NCBI GenBank assembly: GCA_046497275.1 | Contig: JAWOFX010000080.1 | Location: 1 to 32,000, forward strand | Reading direction: 5' to 3' | Origin: Promethearchaeia archaeon | GTDB taxonomy: Archaea > Asgardarchaeota > Lokiarchaeia > Sigyniarchaeales > SOKP01 | DNA: 32,000 nucleotides | Shown: positions 17,293-26,737 of the stretch, one piece after another | How positions within the stretch are numbered: position 1 is the stretch's first letter | Layout: each line of letters opens with the position of its first letter | The notes under the pieces: model-generated | Told to the model about the DNA's origin: nothing | Seen by the model: only the letters and a program-made list of their open reading frames with translations | Database searches by the model: none | Translations under genes and position numbers: made by a program

Positions 17293-19572
17293 ATGAAAGA
17301 TATATTATGGTTTGATGAAATTGGCAAAGATGATATTGAGGCGGTAGGTGGAAAAGGAGCTAATTTAGGAGCAATGTCAAATCAAGATCTTCCCATACCT
17401 CCTGGATATGCTATTACTTCAAAAGTTTATTTCGATTTTATTGAAAAAGTGGGGATTAAAGAAAAAATTAAGGATATCTTAACTGATTTGGATGTAGAAG
17501 AAACTGAAAAACTTCAAGAATCTTCAAAAAAAATCAAAGAATTATTTCTAAAATCGGAAATCTCTGATTTTTTTAAGAATTTATTTTTCGAACCATTTAA
17601 TGAATTAAAAGAGGCAGAGGGAAATGAATTATATGTAGCGGTAAGAAGTTCAGCAACCGCGGAAGATTTACCTGAAGCCAGTTTTGCTGGTCAGCAAAAT
17701 ACATATTTAGGAATTGATGAAGAAAATTATATTGATTCTATTATAAAATGTTGGGCGAGTCTTTTTACTGCAAGAGCGATATATTATAGAGAGAATAATA
17801 ATTTTAGCCACATGGATGTTGGTATTTCTGTGATTGTTCAAAAATTAATAGACGCAAATGTTGCAGGGGTTATGTTTTCTAAACATCCTTCCACAGGGGA
17901 TAATCAAGTATTAATTGAAGCAGGATTAGGTTTAGGAGAAACAATTGTTTCAGGAAGTATTACTCCAGATACCTATCTTGTAGATCCTGAAGATTGGAAG
18001 ATTATAGATAAAGAAATTTCAAATCAAAGTTTTAAAATAATTCGGGAAGGAAATAACACGAAGGAAATAGAATTGTCTGAGAATGAAGGTAATAAGCAAA
18101 AGTTATCTGATGATAATATCCTTAAACTCGCAAAAATTGGAAAAAATATTGAGAAATTTTATGATAACGAAGGACAAGATATGGAATGGGCATATTCCGA
18201 CAAGCTTTATATACTTCAATCAAGACCTATCACAACTATTCCAGAAAAACAAGAGAAAACAAGAGAATCAAAATCCACAAATGCTGAAGTAATTTTAAAA
18301 GGTCTTGCTGCCAGCCCAGGTATAGGTGCTGGAACAGTTAAATTAATTGAAGATGCAAGCCAATTAGACAAAATTGCAAATAATGATATACTTGTAACTA
18401 CAATGACAACCCCAGATATGGTTCCAGCGATGAAAAAAGCGGAGGCAATTGTAACCAATGAGGGAGGAATGACCAGTCATGCTGCGATTGTTTCTAGAGA
18501 ATTGGGAATTCCCTGTACTGTAGGTACTGGCGAAGCTACAAAAAAATTAAAAGAGGAAGATGAAATTACTGTTGATGGCAAACGAGGGGTGGTATACAAG
18601 GGAATTCAAAAAGATATGCTTGAAGAACATACTAAAAAAGAATCCCACGAAAAGGTTGCCAGGTCTGCAATAATTACGGGCACAAATCTTTATGTAAATC
18701 TTTCTTCTCCAGATTCCGCTGAAACTGTAGCAAAACGAAATATTGATGGAGTGGGATTATTTAGAGCGGAATTCATCGCAGCTCAGATTGGTATACACCC
18801 ACAAAAGGCATTAAAAGAAGGAAAAGGAGAAGATTGGTCAGATCAATTAGCCGAGGGCATTGAAAAAGTAGCTGCTGCCTTTGATCCCAAACCTGTAGTA
18901 TATAGAACACTTGATTTTAAGACAAATGAATATAGAGAATTACCTGGAGGGGAGGAAGCTGAACCTGAGGAGAATAATCCGATGTTAGGCTTTAGAGGAT
19001 GCCATCGGAATGTCAAAAGCAAAGGTGTTTTTGAATTAGAGTTAAGAGCGATCAAAAAGGTAAGGGATAAATTTGATCATAAAAACCTTCATGTAATGTT
19101 GCCATTTGTTAGGACAGAGTGGGAAGTTAAAAAAGCAATTGAAATTATGGAAAAAAATGGATTAGAAAGAAATAAGGATTTTAAATTATGGATAATGGTC
19201 GAAGTACCAAGTACAGTATTTTTAATTGATAATTTCCTTAAATATGTTGATGGCGTGAGTATTGGAAGCAATGATCTTACTCAATTGACCTTAGGAGTGG
19301 ATAGAGACAATCAAAACCTAAGCGAACTATTTGATGAACGTGATCCTGCTGTTTTAAAAGCCTTGGAAATGGTAATTAAAGGTTGTAAGCGTAATGAAAA
19401 AACAGTTTCAATATGTGGACAAGCACCTTCAGTATATGAAGAAATAGTTGAGTTCTTAGTAAAACATGGCATTACAAGTATAAGTGTCAATCCAGACAGA
19501 ATTGAACCTACCAGACGACTTATTGCACGAGTCGAAAAAAGATTTTTGATGAACCAATTAAGAGAAAAATAA
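17293..19572 (+). CDS. ppsA: Phosphoenolpyruvate synthase (pyruvate, water dikinase)
   Basis: GGKGANLG, AVRSSATAEDLPEASFAGQQ, QSRPITT, phospho-His motif GGMTSHAAIVSRELGIP, NPMLGFRG, SIGSNDLTQ and ICGQAP. Confidence 0.95.
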   Translation: MKDILWFDEIGKDDIEAVGGKGANLGAMSNQDLPIPPGYAITSKVYFDFIEKVGIKEKIKDILTDLDVEETEKLQESSKKIKELFLKSEISDFFKNLFFEPFNELKEAEGNELYVAVRSSATAEDLPEASFAGQQNTYLGIDEENYIDSIIKCWASLFTARAIYYRENNNFSHMDVGISVIVQKLIDANVAGVMFSKHPSTGDNQVLIEAGLGLGETIVSGSITPDTYLVDPEDWKIIDKEISNQSFKIIREGNNTKEIELSENEGNKQKLSDDNILKLAKIGKNIEKFYDNEGQDMEWAYSDKLYILQSRPITTIPEKQEKTRESKSTNAEVILKGLAASPGIGAGTVKLIEDASQLDKIANNDILVTTMTTPDMVPAMKKAEAIVTNEGGMTSHAAIVSRELGIPCTVGTGEATKKLKEEDEITVDGKRGVVYKGIQKDMLEEHTKKESHEKVARSAIITGTNLYVNLSSPDSAETVAKRNIDGVGLFRAEFIAAQIGIHPQKALKEGKGEDWSDQLAEGIEKVAAAFDPKPVVYRTLDFKTNEYRELPGGEEAEPEENNPMLGFRGCHRNVKSKGVFELELRAIKKVRDKFDHKNLHVMLPFVRTEWEVKKAIEIMEKNGLERNKDFKLWIMVEVPSTVFLIDNFLKYVDGVSIGSNDLTQLTLGVDRDNQNLSELFDERDPAVLKALEMVIKGCKRNEKTVSICGQAPSVYEEIVEFLVKHGITSISVNPDRIEPTRRLIARVEKRFLMNQLREK

Positions 19573-19613
19573 TCCTGTTTTAACTTTATTGTAAAGGAGT
19601 TGATTATAAAATT

Positions 19614-20621
19614 ATGAGTTTAGATCTATTGACAATAGGAAGTTGTACACTTGATTGTATTATTAAAATTAAAGATATATTGAGATTTGAGTTATTGAGC
19701 AATGATGAGGTTAAGAAATATACAGCTATCGAGTATAGTAAAAAACTGAATATTGAAAATGTACGTTTTTTTCCTGGTGGATCAGCAGCAAATATCGCTT
19801 CCGATTGTGCAATGATGAATATAAAGAGTAGTTATATAGGGATGATTGGAACGGACTTCTCAGCAAAAATGTGCTTAGATGATATGAAAAGTAGAGGCGT
19901 TAATATCTCACATGTGAACCAAACAGAAAAGGATAAAACAGCCTTTTCTGTTATTTTGAAAACAAATTGGGGGAAAGATAGAAGCATTTTAGCATATAAA
20001 GGAGCTAATGATTTGATATCACCTACTGATATTAATGAAGATCTATTCAAAAAAATACAAGCTTTTGCTTGGACGTCATTAACTAAAGAGAATAGTTGTA
20101 AAGCAGTTGATAAATGTATAGATTTAACTAAAGAAAATGGAGGAAAGGTGTTTGCTGCTCCAAGTATGTCTATTATTAAAAATAATGAAAAATGGGCTGA
20201 AAAACTCATTTCAAAAAGTGATGTATTATCGTTAAATAAAGAAGAGGCGCAAGCATTTACAAATATAGAGGAAACTGTACATATCATTAAAGAGCTTATG
20301 GATAAAAGTTTAGATCTGGTTTCTATTACCAACGGCTCTAATGGATCCGTCCTCTCAGATGGTAAGAACATTATTAATAATGGTGTATATGATATTTCTA
20401 TAAAGGACATGACTGGTGCTGGAGATGCTTTTATGAGTGGAATAATTTTCTCTCATTTAAACAATTATGATTTGGAGAAAACCTCAAAATTTGCTTCAGC
20501 TATAGCTTCTTTTGAAGCTATGAAAACAGGGGTTCGTGAAGGGATACCTAAAGATTTGAATAAAATTAATAAATTTATCGAAGAAAATACCCTAGAACAA
20601 GTTATATCTGAATTAAAATAG
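19614..20621 (+). CDS. PfkB/ribokinase-family carbohydrate kinase
   Basis: PGGSAANIA (PfkB signature 1), NKEEA and DMTGAGDAFMSG (anion hole/catalytic Asp). Starts 41 nt after ppsA. Confidence 0.9.
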   Translation: MSLDLLTIGSCTLDCIIKIKDILRFELLSNDEVKKYTAIEYSKKLNIENVRFFPGGSAANIASDCAMMNIKSSYIGMIGTDFSAKMCLDDMKSRGVNISHVNQTEKDKTAFSVILKTNWGKDRSILAYKGANDLISPTDINEDLFKKIQAFAWTSLTKENSCKAVDKCIDLTKENGGKVFAAPSMSIIKNNEKWAEKLISKSDVLSLNKEEAQAFTNIEETVHIIKELMDKSLDLVSITNGSNGSVLSDGKNIINNGVYDISIKDMTGAGDAFMSGIIFSHLNNYDLEKTSKFASAIASFEAMKTGVREGIPKDLNKINKFIEENTLEQVISELK

Positions 20622-20667
20622 AGCAACATGAAATTAATTATAAATAAATTATTTTGGAGGAATAAAA

Positions 20668-20835
20668 ATGGAAAATGATAATGAAGACAAAACTAAAGGG
20701 CCTAAATATGTTTCAGGACCTGGAGGTGTATGTATTTGTCCCCTCTGTGGAAAAACTAAATCAAGGACTAAGAATATCCCATGTACTGAAGAGATATGTC
20801 CTAATTGTGGAGCAAAAATGATAATGGAATCATAG
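20668..20835 (+). CDS. 55-aa six-cysteine microprotein (not in ORF track)
   Basis: Hand translation: MENDNEDKTKGPKYVSGPGGVCICPLCGKTKSRTKNIPCTEEICPNCGAKMIMES*. GGAGG 7 nt before the ATG. The GPGG-C-x-CP-x-CG...PC...CP-x-CG-x-x-M pattern resembles small Cys-rich proteins of anaerobes. Confidence 0.8.
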   Translation: MENDNEDKTKGPKYVSGPGGVCICPLCGKTKSRTKNIPCTEEICPNCGAKMIMES

Positions 20836-20977
20836 AAATGTCCAAAACCTTTTCGATTAAATAATTAATTTCAATATCATTTTTTCTAATAACTTATAAC
20901 CCCAATCTTTAATATATTCAATTAAAACATCATATATGAAGAAATCTATAGAAAATTCAACAAAAGATGGTAAATTT

Positions 20978-21130
20978 ATGAAGTATGAAAAAAAGGAGAA
21001 AAGGAAACAGAAAAAAATAGAAAAAGAAAAAGGGATCAATGAAAAAGAATTGGAAGATAGGGAAGAAAAACCTAAAAGAGTAAAGGAGCCACGTAAGAAT
21101 TTAGCTAAAATGCATAGAGAAAAAGGTTAA
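20978..21130 (+). CDS. Small highly charged (Lys/Glu/Arg-rich) hypothetical protein
   Basis: 50 aa from ATG 20978 (track uses 20936). Upstream gatggtaaatttATG resembles the leader of the acyl-CoA ligase gene (gatgtgaaattttATG). No recognisable motif. Confidence 0.4.
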   Translation: MKYEKKEKRKQKKIEKEKGINEKELEDREEKPKRVKEPRKNLAKMHREKG

Positions 21131-21377
21131 GTTTTTGTTGGTAATAAATTGATTTCTATTATAATGATTTTTAATTATTTTTATTCTATTTGTTTTTCTT
21201 GACCTATAAATTAAAATTAACAAGAACCATTTTTCTTTTATAATTTAAATCTCAATTTCTTTTAAAAAAGGGTTATTAAACTTAAAATTTATTTATAAAA
21301 TAGAGAGAAATTTAATTAATATCATTCAATTTTTATCCAATTAATAAACTAATCTATAGATTAAATTCTTTATAAAA

Positions 21378-21908
21378 ATGCAAAATAAAATCTTAACCTG
21401 GCAAATTATTGGAGGATTTTTTATTATTCTTTTTGGATCTTTTTTACATTTTCTTTTCGAATTATCTGGAAATTTCCCTCCAGTTGGAGCCATTAGTGCT
21501 GTAAATGAAAGCGTTTGGGAACATTTGAAATTAGGATTTTGGCCTTTAGTGTTTTTTGGAATTATCGAATATAAATATATAAAAAAAGATACTCAAAATT
21601 TCTTCCTTGCTAAGTTTCTTTCTGCAATTCTAATAGTGACGATAATTATTGTTTTTTTTTACAGTTATACAGCAATACTTGGTGAAAATATCCTTTTTTT
21701 GGACATTTTTAGTTTTGTATTATCCGTATTTGTTGGTCAGACTGTAAGCTATAAATTGCTAAATACTTCAAATTTTTCAAAAAATATAAATTATTTATCA
21801 ATGCTAGGTATTTCCATTTTGGGGTTACTATTTATTATTTTTACCTACTTTCCTCCACAAATACCTTTATTTCAAGATTCTTTAACCGGTTTATATGGAA
21901 TAGCTTAA
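21378..21908 (+). CDS. DUF6512-like integral membrane protein
   Basis: Five hydrophobic segments; LHFLFE and NESVWEHLKL motifs recalled from DUF6512. Confidence 0.7.
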   Translation: MQNKILTWQIIGGFFIILFGSFLHFLFELSGNFPPVGAISAVNESVWEHLKLGFWPLVFFGIIEYKYIKKDTQNFFLAKFLSAILIVTIIIVFFYSYTAILGENILFLDIFSFVLSVFVGQTVSYKLLNTSNFSKNINYLSMLGISILGLLFIIFTYFPPQIPLFQDSLTGLYGIA

Positions 21909-22023
21909 TCAATTCTATATTTTCCAAATTTTCTTTTTTAATTCTTAATCTTTAATAATTAATAAAGATAATATAATGAATAATCAAGTGATTATTTAAT
22001 TTTTAATTAAGATGTGAAATTTT

Positions 22024-23796
22024 ATGAAAAAATGGCATGTTAATGAAGAGAAAGTATGGTTTAAAAAATGGTGGCCAGAAGAAGTAAAGAAAAATCTAAC
22101 TTTTGAGTCACTTAGTTTAGGAGAGTTTTTTGAACGACAGAGAGAGAAATATGGAGATTTGAATATGATGTGGTTCTTGGAAACATGGATGACATATGAA
22201 GAAGCTGGTGAGATGATTGATTCTTTAGCAACTGCACTTTATGATTTAGGATTAAGAGAAGGAGATTGCGTCGCTTTATTATTACCAAATAGTTTCCAAT
22301 ATGTAATTAGTTTTTATGCATGCGCAAAAATCGGTGTAATTGCTACTGGGATAAATCCCACCTATAAACCTCTGGAAGTCTTACATCATATTGAACTCAC
22401 TGAAGCGAAAGCATTAATTCTTTTAGATGCTCTTTATGACGAATTAATAAAACCAATCATCTCAAAAGTAGAAATGGAATTTATAATATCAACTAACATC
22501 GCAGATCTTGCCTCTGGGATATCTTCGGCATTGAAGTTTATTGGTAAACTGGTTGGAAAAATTCCTAAAGGAAAAGTTGATTTTAAACCTACTTATGATT
22601 TCATGGAGTTGCTAAATACTCCCGCTAAATTACCTTACGCTTCTTTTGACCCAACTGAGCATACTGGAACTTATATCATGACGGGAGGTACCACAGGCGT
22701 GCCTAAGGCAACAAATCTAACCCATTTTAATGTTGTCTCAAATGCGATTCAATGTGTGGAGTGGTTGGGAGGAGAGCAGCCTGGAATCGCAGATCTAGGA
22801 GTATTACCATTATTTCACTCCTTCGGATTGACAGCGGTAATGAACGCATGTATCGGTCTTGGAGGATGGATGATGCTCTTTCCACGACCACCAGAAACGG
22901 AAGAATTAGTTAAAACGATTGAAAAGTTACCCGCTCCTCAAGGTGTTGCATATGTAGGTGCAGAAATTCTTTTCAAAAGATTAGCAGAATTTGAAGATTT
23001 GGATAAATATGATATTATGGGAAAGATTAGGAAATGTATTTCTGGTGCAGGCCCACTTCATGCACCTGTTCAGGAATCGTTTCAAAAAAACACGGGAGGG
23101 AAAATAGTAGAAGGATATGGTCTTTCTGAAGCTAGTCCCGTTGTTAGTTCTGGCAGTTTATTCGGAGAGAGTCCTTTAGGTAATATTGGAATGCCCATTC
23201 CTGGAACAGATTGGGCTATCTTTGATTCGAATGCTGATGATTTAGGAGATGGACCAATCGCTGATGGACTTCCTGAATCGAAATATGGTGAAGAAAACAC
23301 CGGTGAAATATGTGTATGTGGTCCACAAGTAATGAAAGAGTATCTTAATAGACCCGAGGAGACCGCTGCTACTCTTCAAGAATGGGATGGCAGAATTTGG
23401 CTTCGAACAGGGGATATTGGTTTTATGAGAGATGATGGGTTAATAACTATTAGAGATAGGAAAAAACAATTGATTAAAATGTCCGGACATTCAGTATTCC
23501 CTAAAGAAGTCGAAGAATTTTTAATGAAAAATGAAGCAGTAAATGAAGCGGCTGTCGCAGGTTTACCAGATCCGGAAGGTAAAGTTGGGGAGATAATTAA
23601 AGCATGGGTAGCCTTAGAATCTGAATATGAAGGAAAAATTACGGAGCAGGAATTAATTAATTGGTGCGTTAAAAATATGACCAAGTGGAAGGTACCAACG
23701 CAGATTGAATTTATTCCAGAAGTACCTAAAAATGTCTTAGGAAAAGTACAGAGAAGAGCACTTCAAGAAGCAGATCCATTATATAAAAAAGAGTAA
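22024..23796 (+). CDS. Long-chain acyl-CoA synthetase-like AMP-binding enzyme
   Basis: P-loop MTGGTTGVPKA, VLPLFHSFG, EGYGLSEASP, TGDIG, IRDRKKQLIK and terminal LGKVQRR. Confidence 0.9.
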   Translation: MKKWHVNEEKVWFKKWWPEEVKKNLTFESLSLGEFFERQREKYGDLNMMWFLETWMTYEEAGEMIDSLATALYDLGLREGDCVALLLPNSFQYVISFYACAKIGVIATGINPTYKPLEVLHHIELTEAKALILLDALYDELIKPIISKVEMEFIISTNIADLASGISSALKFIGKLVGKIPKGKVDFKPTYDFMELLNTPAKLPYASFDPTEHTGTYIMTGGTTGVPKATNLTHFNVVSNAIQCVEWLGGEQPGIADLGVLPLFHSFGLTAVMNACIGLGGWMMLFPRPPETEELVKTIEKLPAPQGVAYVGAEILFKRLAEFEDLDKYDIMGKIRKCISGAGPLHAPVQESFQKNTGGKIVEGYGLSEASPVVSSGSLFGESPLGNIGMPIPGTDWAIFDSNADDLGDGPIADGLPESKYGEENTGEICVCGPQVMKEYLNRPEETAATLQEWDGRIWLRTGDIGFMRDDGLITIRDRKKQLIKMSGHSVFPKEVEEFLMKNEAVNEAAVAGLPDPEGKVGEIIKAWVALESEYEGKITEQELINWCVKNMTKWKVPTQIEFIPEVPKNVLGKVQRRALQEADPLYKKE

Positions 23797-23819
23797 GAAT
23801 AAATTTTATTCCTTTTTTT
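23797..23819 (+). terminator. Short inverted repeat plus T7 tract after the acyl-CoA ligase gene
   Basis: gaataaa-t-tttattc (23797-23811) followed by ttttttt (23813-23819), immediately after the stop, between convergent genes. Confidence 0.45.
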
Positions 23820-23964
23820 AAATATTTAAAATTTTTTATTTCTATTTTTACTATTTATATTTCCAAGATTTAATAATATAATGAAAATTAATTAAACGAT
23901 TTCTTAATTAATTTCTTTTAAATCCTTTTATGTTATAAGATAAATAAAAAAAAGAAATATAGAG

Positions 23965-24768
23965 TTATTCTTTCTGTTTTTTGGGTGGGAGGGGTATAAA
24001 TTGACTTGTGCGACGTTTATATTTAGCATATTCGCTATCACCTTCGAATTGTTTGTTTAATAACTTTACACCTGAAACATTGATAATCATATAAGTTATA
24101 ATAATCGGACCTATTACAGTTATGAATCCATATGGGAAATACACGTTGATCGCGATTAAAAATAATCCCCACCATTGAGTTACTTCACCAAAATAATTTG
24201 GATGTTGAGTATAACGCCATAGACCCTTATCAAATACCATTCCCTTGTTCTCAGCTTTACTCAAAAATTTATATAGTTGAAAATCACCCACCGATTCAAA
24301 ATAAAATCCAATTATCCAAACGCCAATGCCTATTAAATCAAACCACCAAAAAGGCGGATTATCAATTACATTAATAAATGTAACTGGTGAAACTACTAAA
24401 AAGAGAATAAGACCTTGGAAAAGATAAATACGCAATAAGCTATTAATCAGAACTTTATCTCCCCACCGTTCTCTCATATTTTGATACCTTTTATCTTCAC
24501 CTTTGCCCCAGTTTCTAATCATCACATATGTTGCTAATCTCAATCCCCAAATAGTTACTATAATAGTAACCATTATTTGTCTGAGTGCAAATGTTCCTTT
24601 CAATAGAAATGTAGACCATGCTACAAGTATAAAACCTCCACCATAAAATATATCCATTACAGAATTATCTTTTTTTATTGCACCGACAAGAAAAGCTAAG
24701 AACAAATATCCTAGTAAAAATAATCCAGTCCAGCCGAGAATTTGTAAAATCTCTAAAAGCATTTCCAT
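23965..24768 (-). CDS. DUF1295 (steroid 5-alpha-reductase-like) membrane protein
   Basis: DNSVMDIFYG, WGLRLA, GEDKRY, FESVGDFQL and GLWRYTQHPNYFGE. Confidence 0.88.
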   Translation of the reverse strand: MEMLLEILQILGWTGLFLLGYLFLAFLVGAIKKDNSVMDIFYGGGFILVAWSTFLLKGTFALRQIMVTIIVTIWGLRLATYVMIRNWGKGEDKRYQNMRERWGDKVLINSLLRIYLFQGLILFLVVSPVTFINVIDNPPFWWFDLIGIGVWIIGFYFESVGDFQLYKFLSKAENKGMVFDKGLWRYTQHPNYFGEVTQWWGLFLIAINVYFPYGFITVIGPIIITYMIINVSGVKLLNKQFEGDSEYAKYKRRTSQFIPLPPKKQKE

Positions 24769-24956
24769 TATTTTTTCTCCCTTGAAATGTAAATTTAATT
24801 TATCGTTAGATTTTATTGATTAATTCAGATTCGCCTAATATTTAAATTTAATATTAATAAAAAATCATATGAGTTGGAATTAAAAAATTAATAATCATAA
24901 GGGAGAAAATTATTTTGGAACTTAGATTGGGAAATTTTTTAAGAATTATATTGATT

Positions 24957-25808
24957 CTAATTCTTTTTTGGTAATTTCTCTTTATCTTTTCGTTTTACAT
25001 ACACAAGATCATATTTTTCCTTAAGTGATTCAATATCTTCAGAATCACCAATTAAATATTCAAGATTATCTTCATAAAATCGATTTTTTTTAAATTTTTT
25101 AGCGGGAACACCTAAATAAATCCATCCCGGTTCAAGTTCCTGTCCGACTGTAGTAACAGAACTGGCTGCTAGAATACAATTTTCTCCGATTTTCGTTCCC
25201 GGCATAACAATTGAGTGGCTTCCAATTATAACTTTATCTTCAATTTTAGTTTTTCTAATAATAAATAAATCTCCTGCAATTAATGCGGATTGAACAATAC
25301 TCCCCTCTCCTATAGTAACATTTTTACCCATTTCAATAAATTCTGTATCTACCCATCCTTCAAAAAGAGAATTTGAAAATTTTGTTTTTACTCCAAACAT
25401 TTTAAAGCAAAGATTATCTAAGAAAGGAAAAGGAAATTTATGTGAAAGCCATATTGGCCATTTTTTAATAGTATTACGAATACTCCAATAACGATAATCT
25501 TTATCCATCTTATCTCGTAAAAATGTTCCCACACGAGGTTTATGAATAAAATTTACACCCCATATTAATATTTTAGCAAAAATGAGGGAAATCACTACTA
25601 TTGAAATATACATTATTATTATCAAAAGTGGTAATAAGAAAATAAATAGTATTGCATCATTGATCAATAATTTATAATAGATCCAGAATTCAAATTGTAT
25701 GGTGAACACACTTATCCAGAAGAGAAATATATAAAATAATAGGTATCTCTTCTTCACAAGAACATTCGATGTAAAAGGACCGACCTTTAATGAAGCTGGT
25801 TTTGACAT
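24957..25808 (-). CDS. 2-TM + LbH hexapeptide-repeat protein, type A, copy 1
   Basis: Two hydrophobic helices, then HKPRVGTF..DYRYWSIR, hexapeptide coils (GKNVTIGEGSIV; EDKVIIGSHSIVMPGTKIGENCIL) and GWIYLGVPA. ATG 25808 (track start is GTG 25817). Confidence 0.8.
   Translation of the reverse strand: MSKPASLKVGPFTSNVLVKKRYLLFYIFLFWISVFTIQFEFWIYYKLLINDAILFIFLLPLLIIIMYISIVVISLIFAKILIWGVNFIHKPRVGTFLRDKMDKDYRYWSIRNTIKKWPIWLSHKFPFPFLDNLCFKMFGVKTKFSNSLFEGWVDTEFIEMGKNVTIGEGSIVQSALIAGDLFIIRKTKIEDKVIIGSHSIVMPGTKIGENCILAASSVTTVGQELEPGWIYLGVPAKKFKKNRFYEDNLEYLIGDSEDIESLKEKYDLVYVKRKDKEKLPKKN
25336..25442. repeat. 107-bp near-identical repeat, copy 1 (partner 28791-28897)
   Basis: Manual alignment gives 104/107 identity; the three mismatches are synonymous. 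Lies inside the type A genes. Confidence 0.9.
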
Positions 25809-25834
25809 TATAATCACTTTTAATTATTATAGAT

Positions 25835-26737
25835 TTAATTAATCTCTTCTTCTTCCTCGATATTTATTTTTTCTTCCACTAAGTATTTTGTTTCCTCATC
25901 CACATCTTTTTTATATACCATACCAGTTCTTATCTCTGAATATCTATTAGGTCTAAGCTTTGAAGCGGGAATTCCAAAATAAACCCATCCAGGCTCTAAT
26001 TCTTGATTATAATTTGTTGTGCTGAAAGCTCCTATAATCGTTTCCTTTCCAACTTTCGTTCCTGGGGCGATATTTGAAACTCCTCCAATAACAGTGTAGT
26101 TTTCAAAAATTACTTTTTTAATTATTAGATATTTCCCCACAATCATGGAACTCATAATTGTCGCTCCCTGTCCGACTGTCACCTTATGTTTAAATTCTAT
26201 AAATTCTGGATCGACCCACGCATCAAACATATGACTTGAAAAATCAACTTTTAATCCAAAATACTTAAAACCCAAAATATCAAGCCAAGGAATCGGAGAA
26301 TTATCAAACCACCAAATTACAAATTTTTTAAGTTGAATTCTAAGACACCAAAATTCATAGTCTTTATTACTCTTTTCAGCGATGAAAATTCCCTCCCTTG
26401 GTTTATGGATCAAATTAAGAATAATCAAGATTGATTTTCCCACAATTATTACAGCAATTAATATAATAAAATACGAGGCAAATATGGCCACTGGGATAAG
26501 TATTATTTGTAAGAGAGGACTAAATTCTAAAATCAAAAAATAATTTGCCCAAAAAATTGCTATCAAAAATGAACCTAACCAGAAAATTGGAAGGAGTATT
26601 AAACTATATTTATATTGCATAGATTTTATCGCACTGGTAGTAACAAAATCAATTTCTAATTCAGATAATCCATGACTTTTTGGTAATATTAATTCATCAG
26701 TCTTACCTTGCTTTTGTTTTTTCTCTATTTCAGTCAT
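25835..26737 (-). CDS. 2-TM + LbH hexapeptide-repeat protein, type B, copy 1
   Basis: Two TM helices; HKPREGIF..DYEFWCLR; SSHMFDAW; SSMIVGKYLIIK; hexapeptide coils; GWVYFGIPA. Confidence 0.8.
   Translation of the reverse strand: MTEIEKKQKQGKTDELILPKSHGLSELEIDFVTTSAIKSMQYKYSLILLPIFWLGSFLIAIFWANYFLILEFSPLLQIILIPVAIFASYFIILIAVIIVGKSILIILNLIHKPREGIFIAEKSNKDYEFWCLRIQLKKFVIWWFDNSPIPWLDILGFKYFGLKVDFSSHMFDAWVDPEFIEFKHKVTVGQGATIMSSMIVGKYLIIKKVIFENYTVIGGVSNIAPGTKVGKETIIGAFSTTNYNQELEPGWVYFGIPASKLRPNRYSEIRTGMVYKKDVDEETKYLVEEKINIEEEEEIN

Noticed and set aside
131-20621. Idea that GRE + TauE exporters + aldolase + PfkB form a sulfoglycolysis or organosulfonate pathway
   Set aside because: Sulfite-lyase GREs need Cys-x-Glu, which is absent. 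The aldolase is DhnA-type rather than YihT/LacD-type. No isomerase or sulfolactaldehyde reductase is present, and the genes are not one operon.
22024-23796. Acyl-CoA ligase as the missing Pls-type adenylation domain
   Set aside because: Its motifs (EGYGLSE, DRKKQLIK, VFPKEVE) are of the acyl-CoA ligase type, not NRPS (YGPTE, GRxDxQVKIRG). It is on the opposite strand, and no carrier protein is visible in the window.
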